This document shows positions 8,364-17,231 of a DNA stretch of 64,000 nt, in pieces. Position 1 is the stretch's first letter. Each line of letters begins with the position of its first letter. The notes beneath the pieces were generated by a model. It worked only from the letters and a program-made list of their open reading frames with translations, was not told the DNA's origin and made no database searches. The stretch spans positions 9,250-73,249 of the forward strand of contig BQIX01000002.1 of NCBI GenBank assembly GCA_021604145.1, given 5' to 3'. This stretch comes from Nitrospirales bacterium (GTDB lineage: Bacteria > Nitrospirota > Nitrospiria > Nitrospirales > UBA8639). A program made the position numbers and the translations under genes.

Positions 8364-9031
8364 AGGTGTTCCCCAGAAGAAAGATTCGTGAGTTCAAAAT
8401 GTTGGATGGTTTCACAGGGAGCTATGCGACATGGTTACGTTTTGAAAAAAAATTTCTTTGATATGTTTCGAAGAATTACCTAGAGTGTCGGTAAATTGAG
8501 GATGATACAGATAAATATGGATTTTTAACGCCCTACAAAAAGCGAAATTTTTTCAAGGGTAGGAAGATTGAGATGGCAAAAGGCATTTTGTGTGGAGTCC
8601 TAGAATGTTGAACATTTTGGAGCCACGAACAAGGACCACGACAAGTCAACAAGACCCATTGGCCTAATCTTAGGCTTTCTTACGAAAGGAATTTGCAGAT
8701 GTTATGGCTGTCTATGAACTCGTAGGAAGAATTGTCTTTAGAGAAATGGTTACGAAGATGTCTGAAAACCAATTCAATTAGAACCAAAGGCGGAAAGAGA
8801 AGGATGGTAAGGGTGTGGTGGTCTGCAAATGTTAGGATGCTAGATTTTTTTTGAAGGGGCAAATTGCCCCAGTTTAAATGGGTCCCTACTTGGTTACAGA
8901 AGTGGGACGTCGATAACACTTTGAAATCCTTAATATTCAGCGTGATGGTATCAAGTTTGCTTTACTTTATTACGAAAGAGGGTTAGGCTAATTAAAAATC
9001 ACGGAAGGATGTTCTTGTCCCAATTCTTCAA

Positions 9032-9400
9032 ATGAACCTTAAATTTCAATCGACACTAAGAAGCTTTATCCCGTTCCTGCTTTTGGCATTTGTGGTATGC
9101 GGGGTAGGGGGTATGTATTGCCCCATGCCAGCCTCCGCAACCGACACACATCACTCACAACAAACTTCTCACCATTCCTCTTCTTCTCAATCAACGGGAG
9201 ACTGTCCCGACTTACTGACCACGTCTGCGGGAATTTTTGAAAATGATGATGTCTCCGTTAGCCTTCTTTCTGTAGCGACTATCACATGGCTACACGACAT
9301 CCCGAGTTTCGGTCTTTTCAAGTTTCTAGGCAATGAAAGGACACCCAACTCCACCACCTACCCTCTGCTGTTTCTTCTCTTCTCTGTTTTTCTGAATTGA
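9032..9400 (+). CDS. small Cys/His-motif membrane protein, paralog A
   Basis: N-terminal TM. Motifs VCGVGGMYCPMPASATDTHHSQ, His/Ser-rich stretch, GDCPD, hydrophobic C-terminus YPLLFLLFSVFLN. Clear paralog at 29030-29395. Confidence 0.6.
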   Translation: MNLKFQSTLRSFIPFLLLAFVVCGVGGMYCPMPASATDTHHSQQTSHHSSSSQSTGDCPDLLTTSAGIFENDDVSVSLLSVATITWLHDIPSFGLFKFLGNERTPNSTTYPLLFLLFSVFLN

Positions 9401-9493
9401 GTTTCCCTAACAACTGAATGGCAAAAGTGTTCGGAATCCCATGGGGTTTCCGAGCGTAGTTGACTATTTCCGTCATCATGTTAGGGGGGCATC

Positions 9494-10768
9494 ATGGAAT
9501 CTTTTCAGCTCCAACGTTCATATCTACGAATCTTTACCATAGGGCTGTTGCTGTCTCTTGTCCCCGGTCTGTCGGTTCTTGGTGCTGAGCCTCCCTTGAA
9601 ACTGGACACGCTCATCGAGGAAGCCTATCAGCGGAATCCGGAAATTCAGACAGCCAAGCAGCGGTGGGAAGCTACGAAAGCGACAATCCCCCAAGTCCAA
9701 TCTCTGCCTGATCCAGTCGTGGGTTTCGGCTACCGCGGTCCTGACGTCATGAGAGAGGGCAGATTCCAAGTTCAACAACAGTTTCCATTCCCAGGAAAGC
9801 TGGGTCTTAAAGGAGAAGTGGCTTCCAAAGCCGCTGATCAAGTCAGCAAGGCTTATAGGGCCATTCAACTTCGGGTCATCGCCCAGTTAAAGGTCGCTTA
9901 CTTCAACCTTCATTTCATTCATGAATCGATTGAAGTGGTGAACAAAAATCTCATGATTCTCAAAGAGTTGGAGAAAACTGCGGAAGTGCGATACCAGGTG
10001 GGCAAAGGGATTCAGCAAGACGTTTTCCGGGCGCAAGTTGAGCTTTCCAGAGAAATGGAGCGATTGACCAGCTTGGAGCAGGAACAACACACGATCACCG
10101 CGGAACTCAATCGAATCCTCAATCGCCCGCCAACCATGCCACTTGGCAAACCCGAGGAACCAACACTGACGTCGCTACCGTATAGCCTTGAAGAACTCAT
10201 CAAGCTGGTCAAACAACAGTCTCCGATCCTGCAAGTCCAGGCGCATGGCATTGAAAAAAGTCAATCGTCTTTAGCATTAGCCCAGCGGGAATATTATCCA
10301 GATTTTGTCGTCACTCTCGGAACCATGCAGTCATTCCGATCAAATGAGCTGACCGATGCATTTGGCATGTTTGGCATAAAGGTACCGCTCTACTATTCCA
10401 CCAAACAACGCTATGGAGAAAAAGAAGCGCTCGCAAACTTGGAAGGGGCACGGAAGAACTATGATGCGGTGCTGCAAGACGCCTTGTTTCGGATGAAGGA
10501 CAATGTTGTCCGAGTCCAACGAGCTGCACGTTTGGTGAAACTGATTGGAGGAGCCATCATTCCTCAAGCGTCGCTGGCGCTTGAATCATCGATGGCTGGG
10601 TATGGGGTCGGAAAGGTGGACTTTCTGACCATGCTCGACAATGTGCTCAACCTGCAGCAAGACGAATTGGATCTCCATCGCCAAACAACCGACCACGAAA
10701 TTGCCATCGCCAAGATTGAAGAGGTCATTGGGCAACCTCTGCACGGACAAGCTGTCACGAGGAATTAA
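9494..10768 (+). CDS. cusC: outer-membrane efflux protein (TolC/CusC/CzcC family)
   Basis: 424 aa with a signal peptide and two OEP-type coiled repeats. First gene of a C-B-A efflux operon. Confidence 0.9.
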   Translation: MESFQLQRSYLRIFTIGLLLSLVPGLSVLGAEPPLKLDTLIEEAYQRNPEIQTAKQRWEATKATIPQVQSLPDPVVGFGYRGPDVMREGRFQVQQQFPFPGKLGLKGEVASKAADQVSKAYRAIQLRVIAQLKVAYFNLHFIHESIEVVNKNLMILKELEKTAEVRYQVGKGIQQDVFRAQVELSREMERLTSLEQEQHTITAELNRILNRPPTMPLGKPEEPTLTSLPYSLEELIKLVKQQSPILQVQAHGIEKSQSSLALAQREYYPDFVVTLGTMQSFRSNELTDAFGMFGIKVPLYYSTKQRYGEKEALANLEGARKNYDAVLQDALFRMKDNVVRVQRAARLVKLIGGAIIPQASLALESSMAGYGVGKVDFLTMLDNVLNLQQDELDLHRQTTDHEIAIAKIEEVIGQPLHGQAVTRN

Positions 10769-10772
10769 ACTC

Positions 10773-12062
10773 ATGAAACCATCACACTCATTCATTCGTA
10801 ACCAAAAAGGCCTGACACTATGGCTATGGGTTGGATTCCTTGCGGCGATGGTGGCCGTGGGAGTTGGGGCATACTGGTGGTTCATGGTGAGGGCGCCAGA
10901 ACGCATGCACCCAACCCAAACCACAGAAGAAAAAATGGTCTCGCCCCAACCAGTCACGCAGACTCCAAAGATCTCGCCTCTACCCGCACAGAACAAGGGT
11001 GTGATGGTCAGTCAACACAAGCAACAAATGATTGGGGTTAAGACTGAACCCGCCACGATTCGAGACCTGACTCATACGATCCGCACCGTGGGTCAGGTCG
11101 AAGTTGACGAACGACGGCTGACCCACATGCACACGAAACTCGAAGGGTGGGTGCAGGAACTCTACGTGAAGTTTACGGGTGAACAGGTCCAGAAAAATCA
11201 AAAACTGTTTGAAATGTATAGTCCCGAACTTGTCTCCACTCAGGAAGAATATTTGTTGGCCTTAAAAGCGGTGAAATCCCTTGGGGACAGCGAATTTCCG
11301 GAGATTGCGCAAAACGCTAAGTCCCTCCTGGAAGTCACCCGCCAACGTTTTTCTCTCTGGGATATTACGCCCGACCATATTCGAGATTTGGAGAAAACCG
11401 GGAAAGTCCTTCGGACCTTGCCCTTGCATGCCCCAAGCTCAGGCTATGTCCTGCATATGGCGGTTCGTGAAGGCATGCACGTGATGCCGGCCATGGAACT
11501 CTACGCCTTGGCTGATTTATCAACAGTGTGGGTTCTGGCAGATGTGTATGAATATGAAATCCCCCTCGTAGAACTGGGGCAGCAAGCCACGATGACCCTG
11601 TCGTATTTCCCAGGCCAAACATTCACCGGCAAAGTGACCTACGTGTATCCCATACTTGAAACCAAAACGCGGACGGTCAAAGTCAGGTTCGAACTGCCGA
11701 ATCCAAAATGGGCACTCAAACCAGGCATGTTCGCCAATATCGACATCCAGATTCCACGTGGAAAGCGACTCGTCGTTCCCACGACAGCCGTCCTTGATTC
11801 AGGTACGGAACAACTCGTGTTTATTGATCAAGGCCAAGGCATGTTCGAGCCGCGCAAAGTCACGGTGGGTGTGCGGACGCGGGATGCGTATGAAATTCTG
11901 GAGGGAATTCAGGCTGGAGAGTTGGTGGTCACCAGGGGCAACTTTCTCGTGGATTCGGAAAGTAACCTGAAAGCGGCCACCGAGATGATGATGCCAGGCA
12001 TGGACATGGGAAAGAAAAAGAACGCCGAGCAATCAATGCCCATAGGGGACATGCAACCGTGA
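10773..12062 (+). CDS. cusB: RND periplasmic adaptor (CusB/CzcB family) with Met-rich C-terminus
   Basis: HlyD/RND adaptor architecture. ATG 10773 sits after GAGGA, and the 10641 start would overlap cusC. C-terminal tail is MMMPGMDMGKKKNAEQSMPIGDM. Confidence 0.9.
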   Translation: MKPSHSFIRNQKGLTLWLWVGFLAAMVAVGVGAYWWFMVRAPERMHPTQTTEEKMVSPQPVTQTPKISPLPAQNKGVMVSQHKQQMIGVKTEPATIRDLTHTIRTVGQVEVDERRLTHMHTKLEGWVQELYVKFTGEQVQKNQKLFEMYSPELVSTQEEYLLALKAVKSLGDSEFPEIAQNAKSLLEVTRQRFSLWDITPDHIRDLEKTGKVLRTLPLHAPSSGYVLHMAVREGMHVMPAMELYALADLSTVWVLADVYEYEIPLVELGQQATMTLSYFPGQTFTGKVTYVYPILETKTRTVKVRFELPNPKWALKPGMFANIDIQIPRGKRLVVPTTAVLDSGTEQLVFIDQGQGMFEPRKVTVGVRTRDAYEILEGIQAGELVVTRGNFLVDSESNLKAATEMMMPGMDMGKKKNAEQSMPIGDMQP

Positions 12063-12078
12063 AGAAGGAACTCGTTTC

Positions 12079-15000
12079 GTGATTGAGAAAATCATCGAAT
12101 ACAGCGCGAGAAACAAATTTGTCGTCCTGCTGCTCGTCGCCTTCCTCGTGGCCTGGGGCGTCTGGGTCATGCGGGTGATGCCATTGGATGCCATTCCGGA
12201 CTTGTCCGATGTGCAGGTAATTATTTTTACGGAATGGCCGGGCCAGGCGCCTCAACTTGTTGAGGATCAGGTGACCTATCCCATTGTCACTACCATGTTG
12301 GGCGCCCCCAAAGTCAAAACTGTCCGGGGCTATTCCTTTTTTGGGCTCTCCTTTATCTATGTCATTTTTGAAGATGGCACCGACATGTACTGGGCCCGCA
12401 GTCGAATTCTGGAATACATGAATGAGGCCATGAAAGCCCTGCCTGACGGGATCACCCCCACGCTTGGCCCCGATGCCACCGGCGTAGGATGGGGATTTGA
12501 ATATGCCGTGGTGGACTCCACAGGGCAGTTAGATCTGGCTGAGTTACGCACGCTGCAAGACTGGTATATCCGGTACTGGCTCAAGGCGGTCCCTGGCGTG
12601 TCGGATGTGGCAAGTATTGGAGGGTATGTCCAGCAGTACCAGGTGAATGTGGAGCCCAATGCCATCCAAGCGTACAACCTCTCGTTGGACACAGTCATGC
12701 ATGCGATTCGGATGAGTAACAACGACGTGGGCGGCCGGGTGGTGGAATTTACTGGACGAGAATACATGGTCTGGGGCCGAGGGTACATTGAATCCGTGAC
12801 GGACCTTGAGCAAGTGGCGGTCGGGACGGATGCACAAGGCACCCCCATACTCCTTAAGGACATTGCCCGGGTAGAATTAGGGCCTGATCTTCGGCGAGGG
12901 TTCACAGAACTGAATGGGACCGGTGAAGTCGTGGGTGGCATCGTCGTCGTGCGGTTTGGGGAAAGCACCTTGGATGTTATTGAACGCGTCAAAGCCAAAA
13001 TCACAGAAATTGCCCCCGCGCTCCCTGAAGGCGTTGAAATCATTCCGACCTATGATCGCTCTGATCTGATCCTCCGTTCTGTGGCGACGCTCAAAGAAAA
13101 GCTGATTGAAGAAAGTGTGATCGTCAGTCTGATTACCATCCTCTTCCTCTTTCATGTTCGCAGTGCCTTAGTGGCCATCCTGACCCTCCCGTTAGCGATC
13201 CTCATGGCCATCACGGCCATGTACTACTTGGGGGTCAGCTCCAATATCATGTCCCTGGGCGGAATCGCCATTGCCATTGGCGCCATGGTAGATGGGGCGA
13301 TTGTGATGGTGGAAAACGCGCATAAGAAACTCGAACGAGGTGGAAAAGATACCGATCGAGTCACCCTCATCATTGAGGCGGCCAAAGAAGTGGGCAAACC
13401 TCTCTTCTTTTCGCTGCTGATCATCACCGTGTCCTTCTTACCGGTGTTTACGTTAGAGGCTCAGGAAGGCCGGCTCTTTCGGCCCTTAGCGTATACGAAG
13501 ACCTTTTCTATGGGCTTTGCAGCGCTCTTGTCCATCACGGTGGTGCCGCTTCTCATGGTGCTATTGGTGCGAGGCAAGATTGCCAGCGAAGCCCGGAATC
13601 CGCTCGCTCGTGTGCTCATTGCCGGGTATCGGCCCATCGCTGGATTTGTTTTTCGTTTCCGAAAGACGGTCGTCCTCCTTGCTGTCATCGGACTTGTGGC
13701 CACGTTGCCCACCTTCATGACATTAGGCTCCGAGTTTATGCCGCCATTGTATGAGGGGACCTTGATGTATATGCCGGTGACCGTACCCGGTGCCTCCATC
13801 ACGGAAATGCAACGCGCACTCAAAGTGACCGACCGGATAATCAAGCAATTCCCCGAGGTGGAAAGTGTGTTTGGCAAAGCCGGTCGAGCCAGAACAGCCA
13901 CGGATCCTGCACCACTGACCATGATCGAAACTATTATTAATCTCAAGCCCGAGGAACAATGGCGACCTGGTATGACCGTCGAGAAGTTGGAGAATGAATT
14001 AGATCAGGCGCTCCAAATTCCAGGATTAGCGAATGCGTGGACCATGCCAATCAAGGGACGCCTGGATATGCTCACGACCGGCATTCGTACGCCTCTCGGC
14101 ATCAAAATATACGGACGTGATTTGGATGAAATCCAACGGATTGGTGGCGAGTTGGAAAATGCGCTCCGCGATGTCCCGGGCACCCGCAATATTTTCGCCG
14201 AGCGAACAGGGGACGGGTATTACGTCTATTTCAGGATGAAGCGCGAAGAAATCGCCCGCTATGGCTTGCTGGTCAGTGATGTGGAGCGGGTCATTGAATC
14301 GGCCATCGGGGGAACAAACATCTCCACGACCATCGAAGGGCGGGAACGATTCCCAGTGAATCTCCGCTATTCGCGTGCCTTTCGAAATTCGCTGGAAGAT
14401 CTCCAACGCGTGTTGGTCTCAACCTCCACCGGTCAACAGATCCCGATTACTCAACTGGCTGATGTCAGTCTGGTAAAGGGACCCACAGTGGTGAAAAGTG
14501 AAGGTTCGCTGTTAGTGGGGTATGTCTATGTGGATGTGGCTGGCCGCGATCTGGGCAGTTATGTCCAGGAAGCGCAGCAGATTGTTGCCCAGCAGGTGCC
14601 GATGCCTCAAGGGTATCACTTAAATTGGAGTGGGCAATATGAATATATGCAGCGGGCCAAAGCCCGCCTCATGTACGTGGTGCCCCTGACTCTTCTCATT
14701 GTCTTTTTGCTGCTCTATCTGAATTTTCAGTCCATCGCCAGGAGCCTCATTGTCCTACTTTCGGTGCCCTTTGCTGCGATCGGAGCCATTTGGGCATTGT
14801 ACCTTCTCGACTACGACTTGAGTGTCGCCGTCTGGGTGGGAATTATTGCCTTAGTCGGGGTGTCCGCGGAGATTGGGATTATCATGATTGCCTATTTGGA
14901 TCAGACGTATGCCAATTGGACCGCTGAAGGGCGGCTCACCAACATGAAAGATCTGATCGACGCCGTCATCGAAGGCAGCGTCAAACGGGTGCGTCCGATC

Positions 15001-15258
15001 ACGATGACGGTCGGCTCGACGATTGCCGGACTGCTTCCGATCATGTGGACGCATGGCAGTGGGGCCGATGTCACGAAGCGGATTGCCGCTCCGATGATTG
15101 GAGGCATGGTGACGACCTTGATGCTCACCCTTCTCGTTCTGCCAGCCATTTACATCATCTGGAGAGGATGGGAGTTAAGGAAACAGGCGTCCATGCCAGG
15201 GTTGGAAGAATACCCAGCAACTGAACACCATAACTCGGAAGGAAGGAGTGGCGATTAA
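12079..15258 (+). CDS. cusA: heavy-metal RND pump, CusA-type (Cu/Ag)
   Basis: Collinear with E. coli CusA as recalled (DAIPDLSDVQVII, YVIFEDGTDMYWARSR). The three Met of the CusA methionine cluster appear conserved in LMYMP, PLTMIET and RLDMLTTG. Confidence 0.95.
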   Translation: MIEKIIEYSARNKFVVLLLVAFLVAWGVWVMRVMPLDAIPDLSDVQVIIFTEWPGQAPQLVEDQVTYPIVTTMLGAPKVKTVRGYSFFGLSFIYVIFEDGTDMYWARSRILEYMNEAMKALPDGITPTLGPDATGVGWGFEYAVVDSTGQLDLAELRTLQDWYIRYWLKAVPGVSDVASIGGYVQQYQVNVEPNAIQAYNLSLDTVMHAIRMSNNDVGGRVVEFTGREYMVWGRGYIESVTDLEQVAVGTDAQGTPILLKDIARVELGPDLRRGFTELNGTGEVVGGIVVVRFGESTLDVIERVKAKITEIAPALPEGVEIIPTYDRSDLILRSVATLKEKLIEESVIVSLITILFLFHVRSALVAILTLPLAILMAITAMYYLGVSSNIMSLGGIAIAIGAMVDGAIVMVENAHKKLERGGKDTDRVTLIIEAAKEVGKPLFFSLLIITVSFLPVFTLEAQEGRLFRPLAYTKTFSMGFAALLSITVVPLLMVLLVRGKIASEARNPLARVLIAGYRPIAGFVFRFRKTVVLLAVIGLVATLPTFMTLGSEFMPPLYEGTLMYMPVTVPGASITEMQRALKVTDRIIKQFPEVESVFGKAGRARTATDPAPLTMIETIINLKPEEQWRPGMTVEKLENELDQALQIPGLANAWTMPIKGRLDMLTTGIRTPLGIKIYGRDLDEIQRIGGELENALRDVPGTRNIFAERTGDGYYVYFRMKREEIARYGLLVSDVERVIESAIGGTNISTTIEGRERFPVNLRYSRAFRNSLEDLQRVLVSTSTGQQIPITQLADVSLVKGPTVVKSEGSLLVGYVYVDVAGRDLGSYVQEAQQIVAQQVPMPQGYHLNWSGQYEYMQRAKARLMYVVPLTLLIVFLLLYLNFQSIARSLIVLLSVPFAAIGAIWALYLLDYDLSVAVWVGIIALVGVSAEIGIIMIAYLDQTYANWTAEGRLTNMKDLIDAVIEGSVKRVRPITMTVGSTIAGLLPIMWTHGSGADVTKRIAAPMIGGMVTTLMLTLLVLPAIYIIWRGWELRKQASMPGLEEYPATEHHNSEGRSGD

Positions 15259-15698
15259 TGAATCACATGACGAACACAAGAAACAGCTTGGGTGCAGCGT
15301 TCTTAACCGCCGTGCTATGGCTAGGAGGATGTGCGGGGACACCCCATTCCCATCAAGAAGGGCCTCTTCTGCCACCTGAAAACGCCACTTCTCAAGCGGC
15401 CCAACTGATCGTAGAAGGTAATCAACGTTTTGCGGAACACCGATGGACGGCAGCCATTGGGAAATACGAAGAAGCGGCTCAAGTCCAGCCTAAATTAGCA
15501 GAAGCCCATTACAATCTGGGCTTGGCACTCTACCGGAAAGGCCCAGTTGCAGCAGCCCGGCCTCACTTTATTGAAGCGGCCAATTTGGCGCCAGGCCATC
15601 CGGTGATTTGGAATGCTCCCCCGTTCAGAAAATACGGAAATGTTGAAACTGATTCAGAAGAGCAAGCTTCGGATGGGCCCATGGGGCATTCACATTAA
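15258..15698 (+). CDS. TPR-repeat lipoprotein
   Basis: Lipobox LGGCAG. TPR motifs (AIGKYEEAAQVQPKLAEAHYNLGLALYRKG). Its ATG overlaps the cusA stop (TAATG). Confidence 0.8.
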   Translation: MNHMTNTRNSLGAAFLTAVLWLGGCAGTPHSHQEGPLLPPENATSQAAQLIVEGNQRFAEHRWTAAIGKYEEAAQVQPKLAEAHYNLGLALYRKGPVAAARPHFIEAANLAPGHPVIWNAPPFRKYGNVETDSEEQASDGPMGHSH

Positions 15699-15789
15699 TC
15701 GAACTTGAAGTACATGAAATCGGGAACTTCTCCCGCACCGTATCGTTAGAAAAGACACAGGTGATCTTACCGCTTAAGGAGAACGTACC

Positions 15790-17154
15790 GTGACACTATT
15801 GGCCGAAGATATACAAGGACAAATCGACAGGTTCAATGGCGGTATTCAGGAACGCAATCCCGCCGAGTACGAATTTCACCAGGCTGTTCAGGAATTTACC
15901 CAGATGGTCATACCCTATGTGCAATCACATCCAAAATACAGTGACGCACATATTCTGGAACGCATGACGGAGCCCGACCGCATTGTGATCTTCCGAGTTT
16001 GTTGGGAAAACGATGAAGGAACCATCTGCTGCAACCGCGCCTGGCGCGTGCAATTCAATAATGCGATTGGTCCCTACAAAGGTGGTATGCGCTTTCATCC
16101 CAGTGTGACCCAGAGTGTGCTGAAATTCTTGGGCTTTGAACAAGTGTATAAAAACGCCTTAACCGGCTTGCCCATGGGGGGCGCCAAGGGCGGCAGCAAT
16201 TTTAATCCTAAGGGCAAAAGCGACCGCGAAGTGATGCGCTTTTGCCAGTCGCTCATGACGGAACTTTCCCGTCATATCGGTGAGGATACCGATATACCCG
16301 CCGGCGATATCGGTGTCGGTGCAAGGGAGATCAGCTATTTATTTGGGCAGTACAAACGCCTGCAAAACCGCTTTACTGGCGTTTTGACGGGAAAAGGACT
16401 GGCTTTTGGTGGCAGCCTGATCCGTACGGAGGCCACGGGCTATGGAGTGGTGTATTTCAGCAAACATATGTTAGCACGACGCCGTGAATCCCTTTCTAAC
16501 AAAACCGCCATCATTTCCGGTTCTGGTAACGTGGCGTTGTATTGTGCGGAAAAGTTGCTTCAGGAAGGTGCCAAGGTATTGACCCTATCTGACTCCAGCG
16601 GATTCATCCATGACCCGGACGGCATTGACCAAAACAAACTGGCTTGGGTGATGGCCCTTAAGACGAAACGCCGAGGCCGGATCAGTGAATATACCGAACA
16701 ATACCCGGCAGCCATGTTCTATCCGGGCCAGCGTCCTTGGTCGGTTGTGGCGGACTTGGCCTTCCCCTGTGCGACACAAAATGAGCTGGATGGAGCCTAC
16801 GCCAAACTTCTGGTTGCAAATGGCATTCAGCTCGTTGCCGAGGGTGCCAATATGCCTAGCACGTTGGAGGCCGTCCATTATATGCGTGAAGCGGGTATCT
16901 TGTTTGCGCCTGGCAAGGCGGCCAATGCTGGTGGCGTAGCGGTATCCGGTCTGGAACAGAGTCAAAATGCACTCCGTCTCCCATGGACGCGTGAAGACGT
17001 TGATCGACGGTTACAGGACATCATGGCACATATCCATCAACAGTGCGTCGAGTATGGTGAGGATAAGGACAAGCATATGGACTATGTGAGGGGCGCTAAC
17101 ATTGCCGGTTTTGTCAAGGTGGCCGATGCCATGTTGGCGTACGGCATCGCATAA
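15790..17154 (+). CDS. gdhA: NADP-specific glutamate dehydrogenase
   Basis: GPYKGGMRFHP, GGAKGG, and the Rossmann motif ISGSGNVA, typical of the hexameric GDH family. GTG start 9 nt after AAGGAG. Confidence 0.95.
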   Translation: MTLLAEDIQGQIDRFNGGIQERNPAEYEFHQAVQEFTQMVIPYVQSHPKYSDAHILERMTEPDRIVIFRVCWENDEGTICCNRAWRVQFNNAIGPYKGGMRFHPSVTQSVLKFLGFEQVYKNALTGLPMGGAKGGSNFNPKGKSDREVMRFCQSLMTELSRHIGEDTDIPAGDIGVGAREISYLFGQYKRLQNRFTGVLTGKGLAFGGSLIRTEATGYGVVYFSKHMLARRRESLSNKTAIISGSGNVALYCAEKLLQEGAKVLTLSDSSGFIHDPDGIDQNKLAWVMALKTKRRGRISEYTEQYPAAMFYPGQRPWSVVADLAFPCATQNELDGAYAKLLVANGIQLVAEGANMPSTLEAVHYMREAGILFAPGKAANAGGVAVSGLEQSQNALRLPWTREDVDRRLQDIMAHIHQQCVEYGEDKDKHMDYVRGANIAGFVKVADAMLAYGIA

Positions 17155-17231
17155 GCGTATCGCCTTGCAGTAAGAAATATATCGGAGGATAAACGTCGAG
17201 ACTCCGCGAAAGGAAAATTGGGAGGATCAAC

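Noticed and set aside
8680-8919. 79-aa minus-strand ORF in the AT-rich spacer.
   Set aside because: It has no RBS and low-complexity sequence, and it sits in a region with homopolymer runs. It is not called.
12357-13043. 228-aa antisense ORF inside cusA, and similar ORFs at 13461-13946 and 14026-14406.
   Set aside because: These are shadow ORFs opposite a very well supported RND pump gene, with Ser/Pro/Thr/Arg-rich composition.
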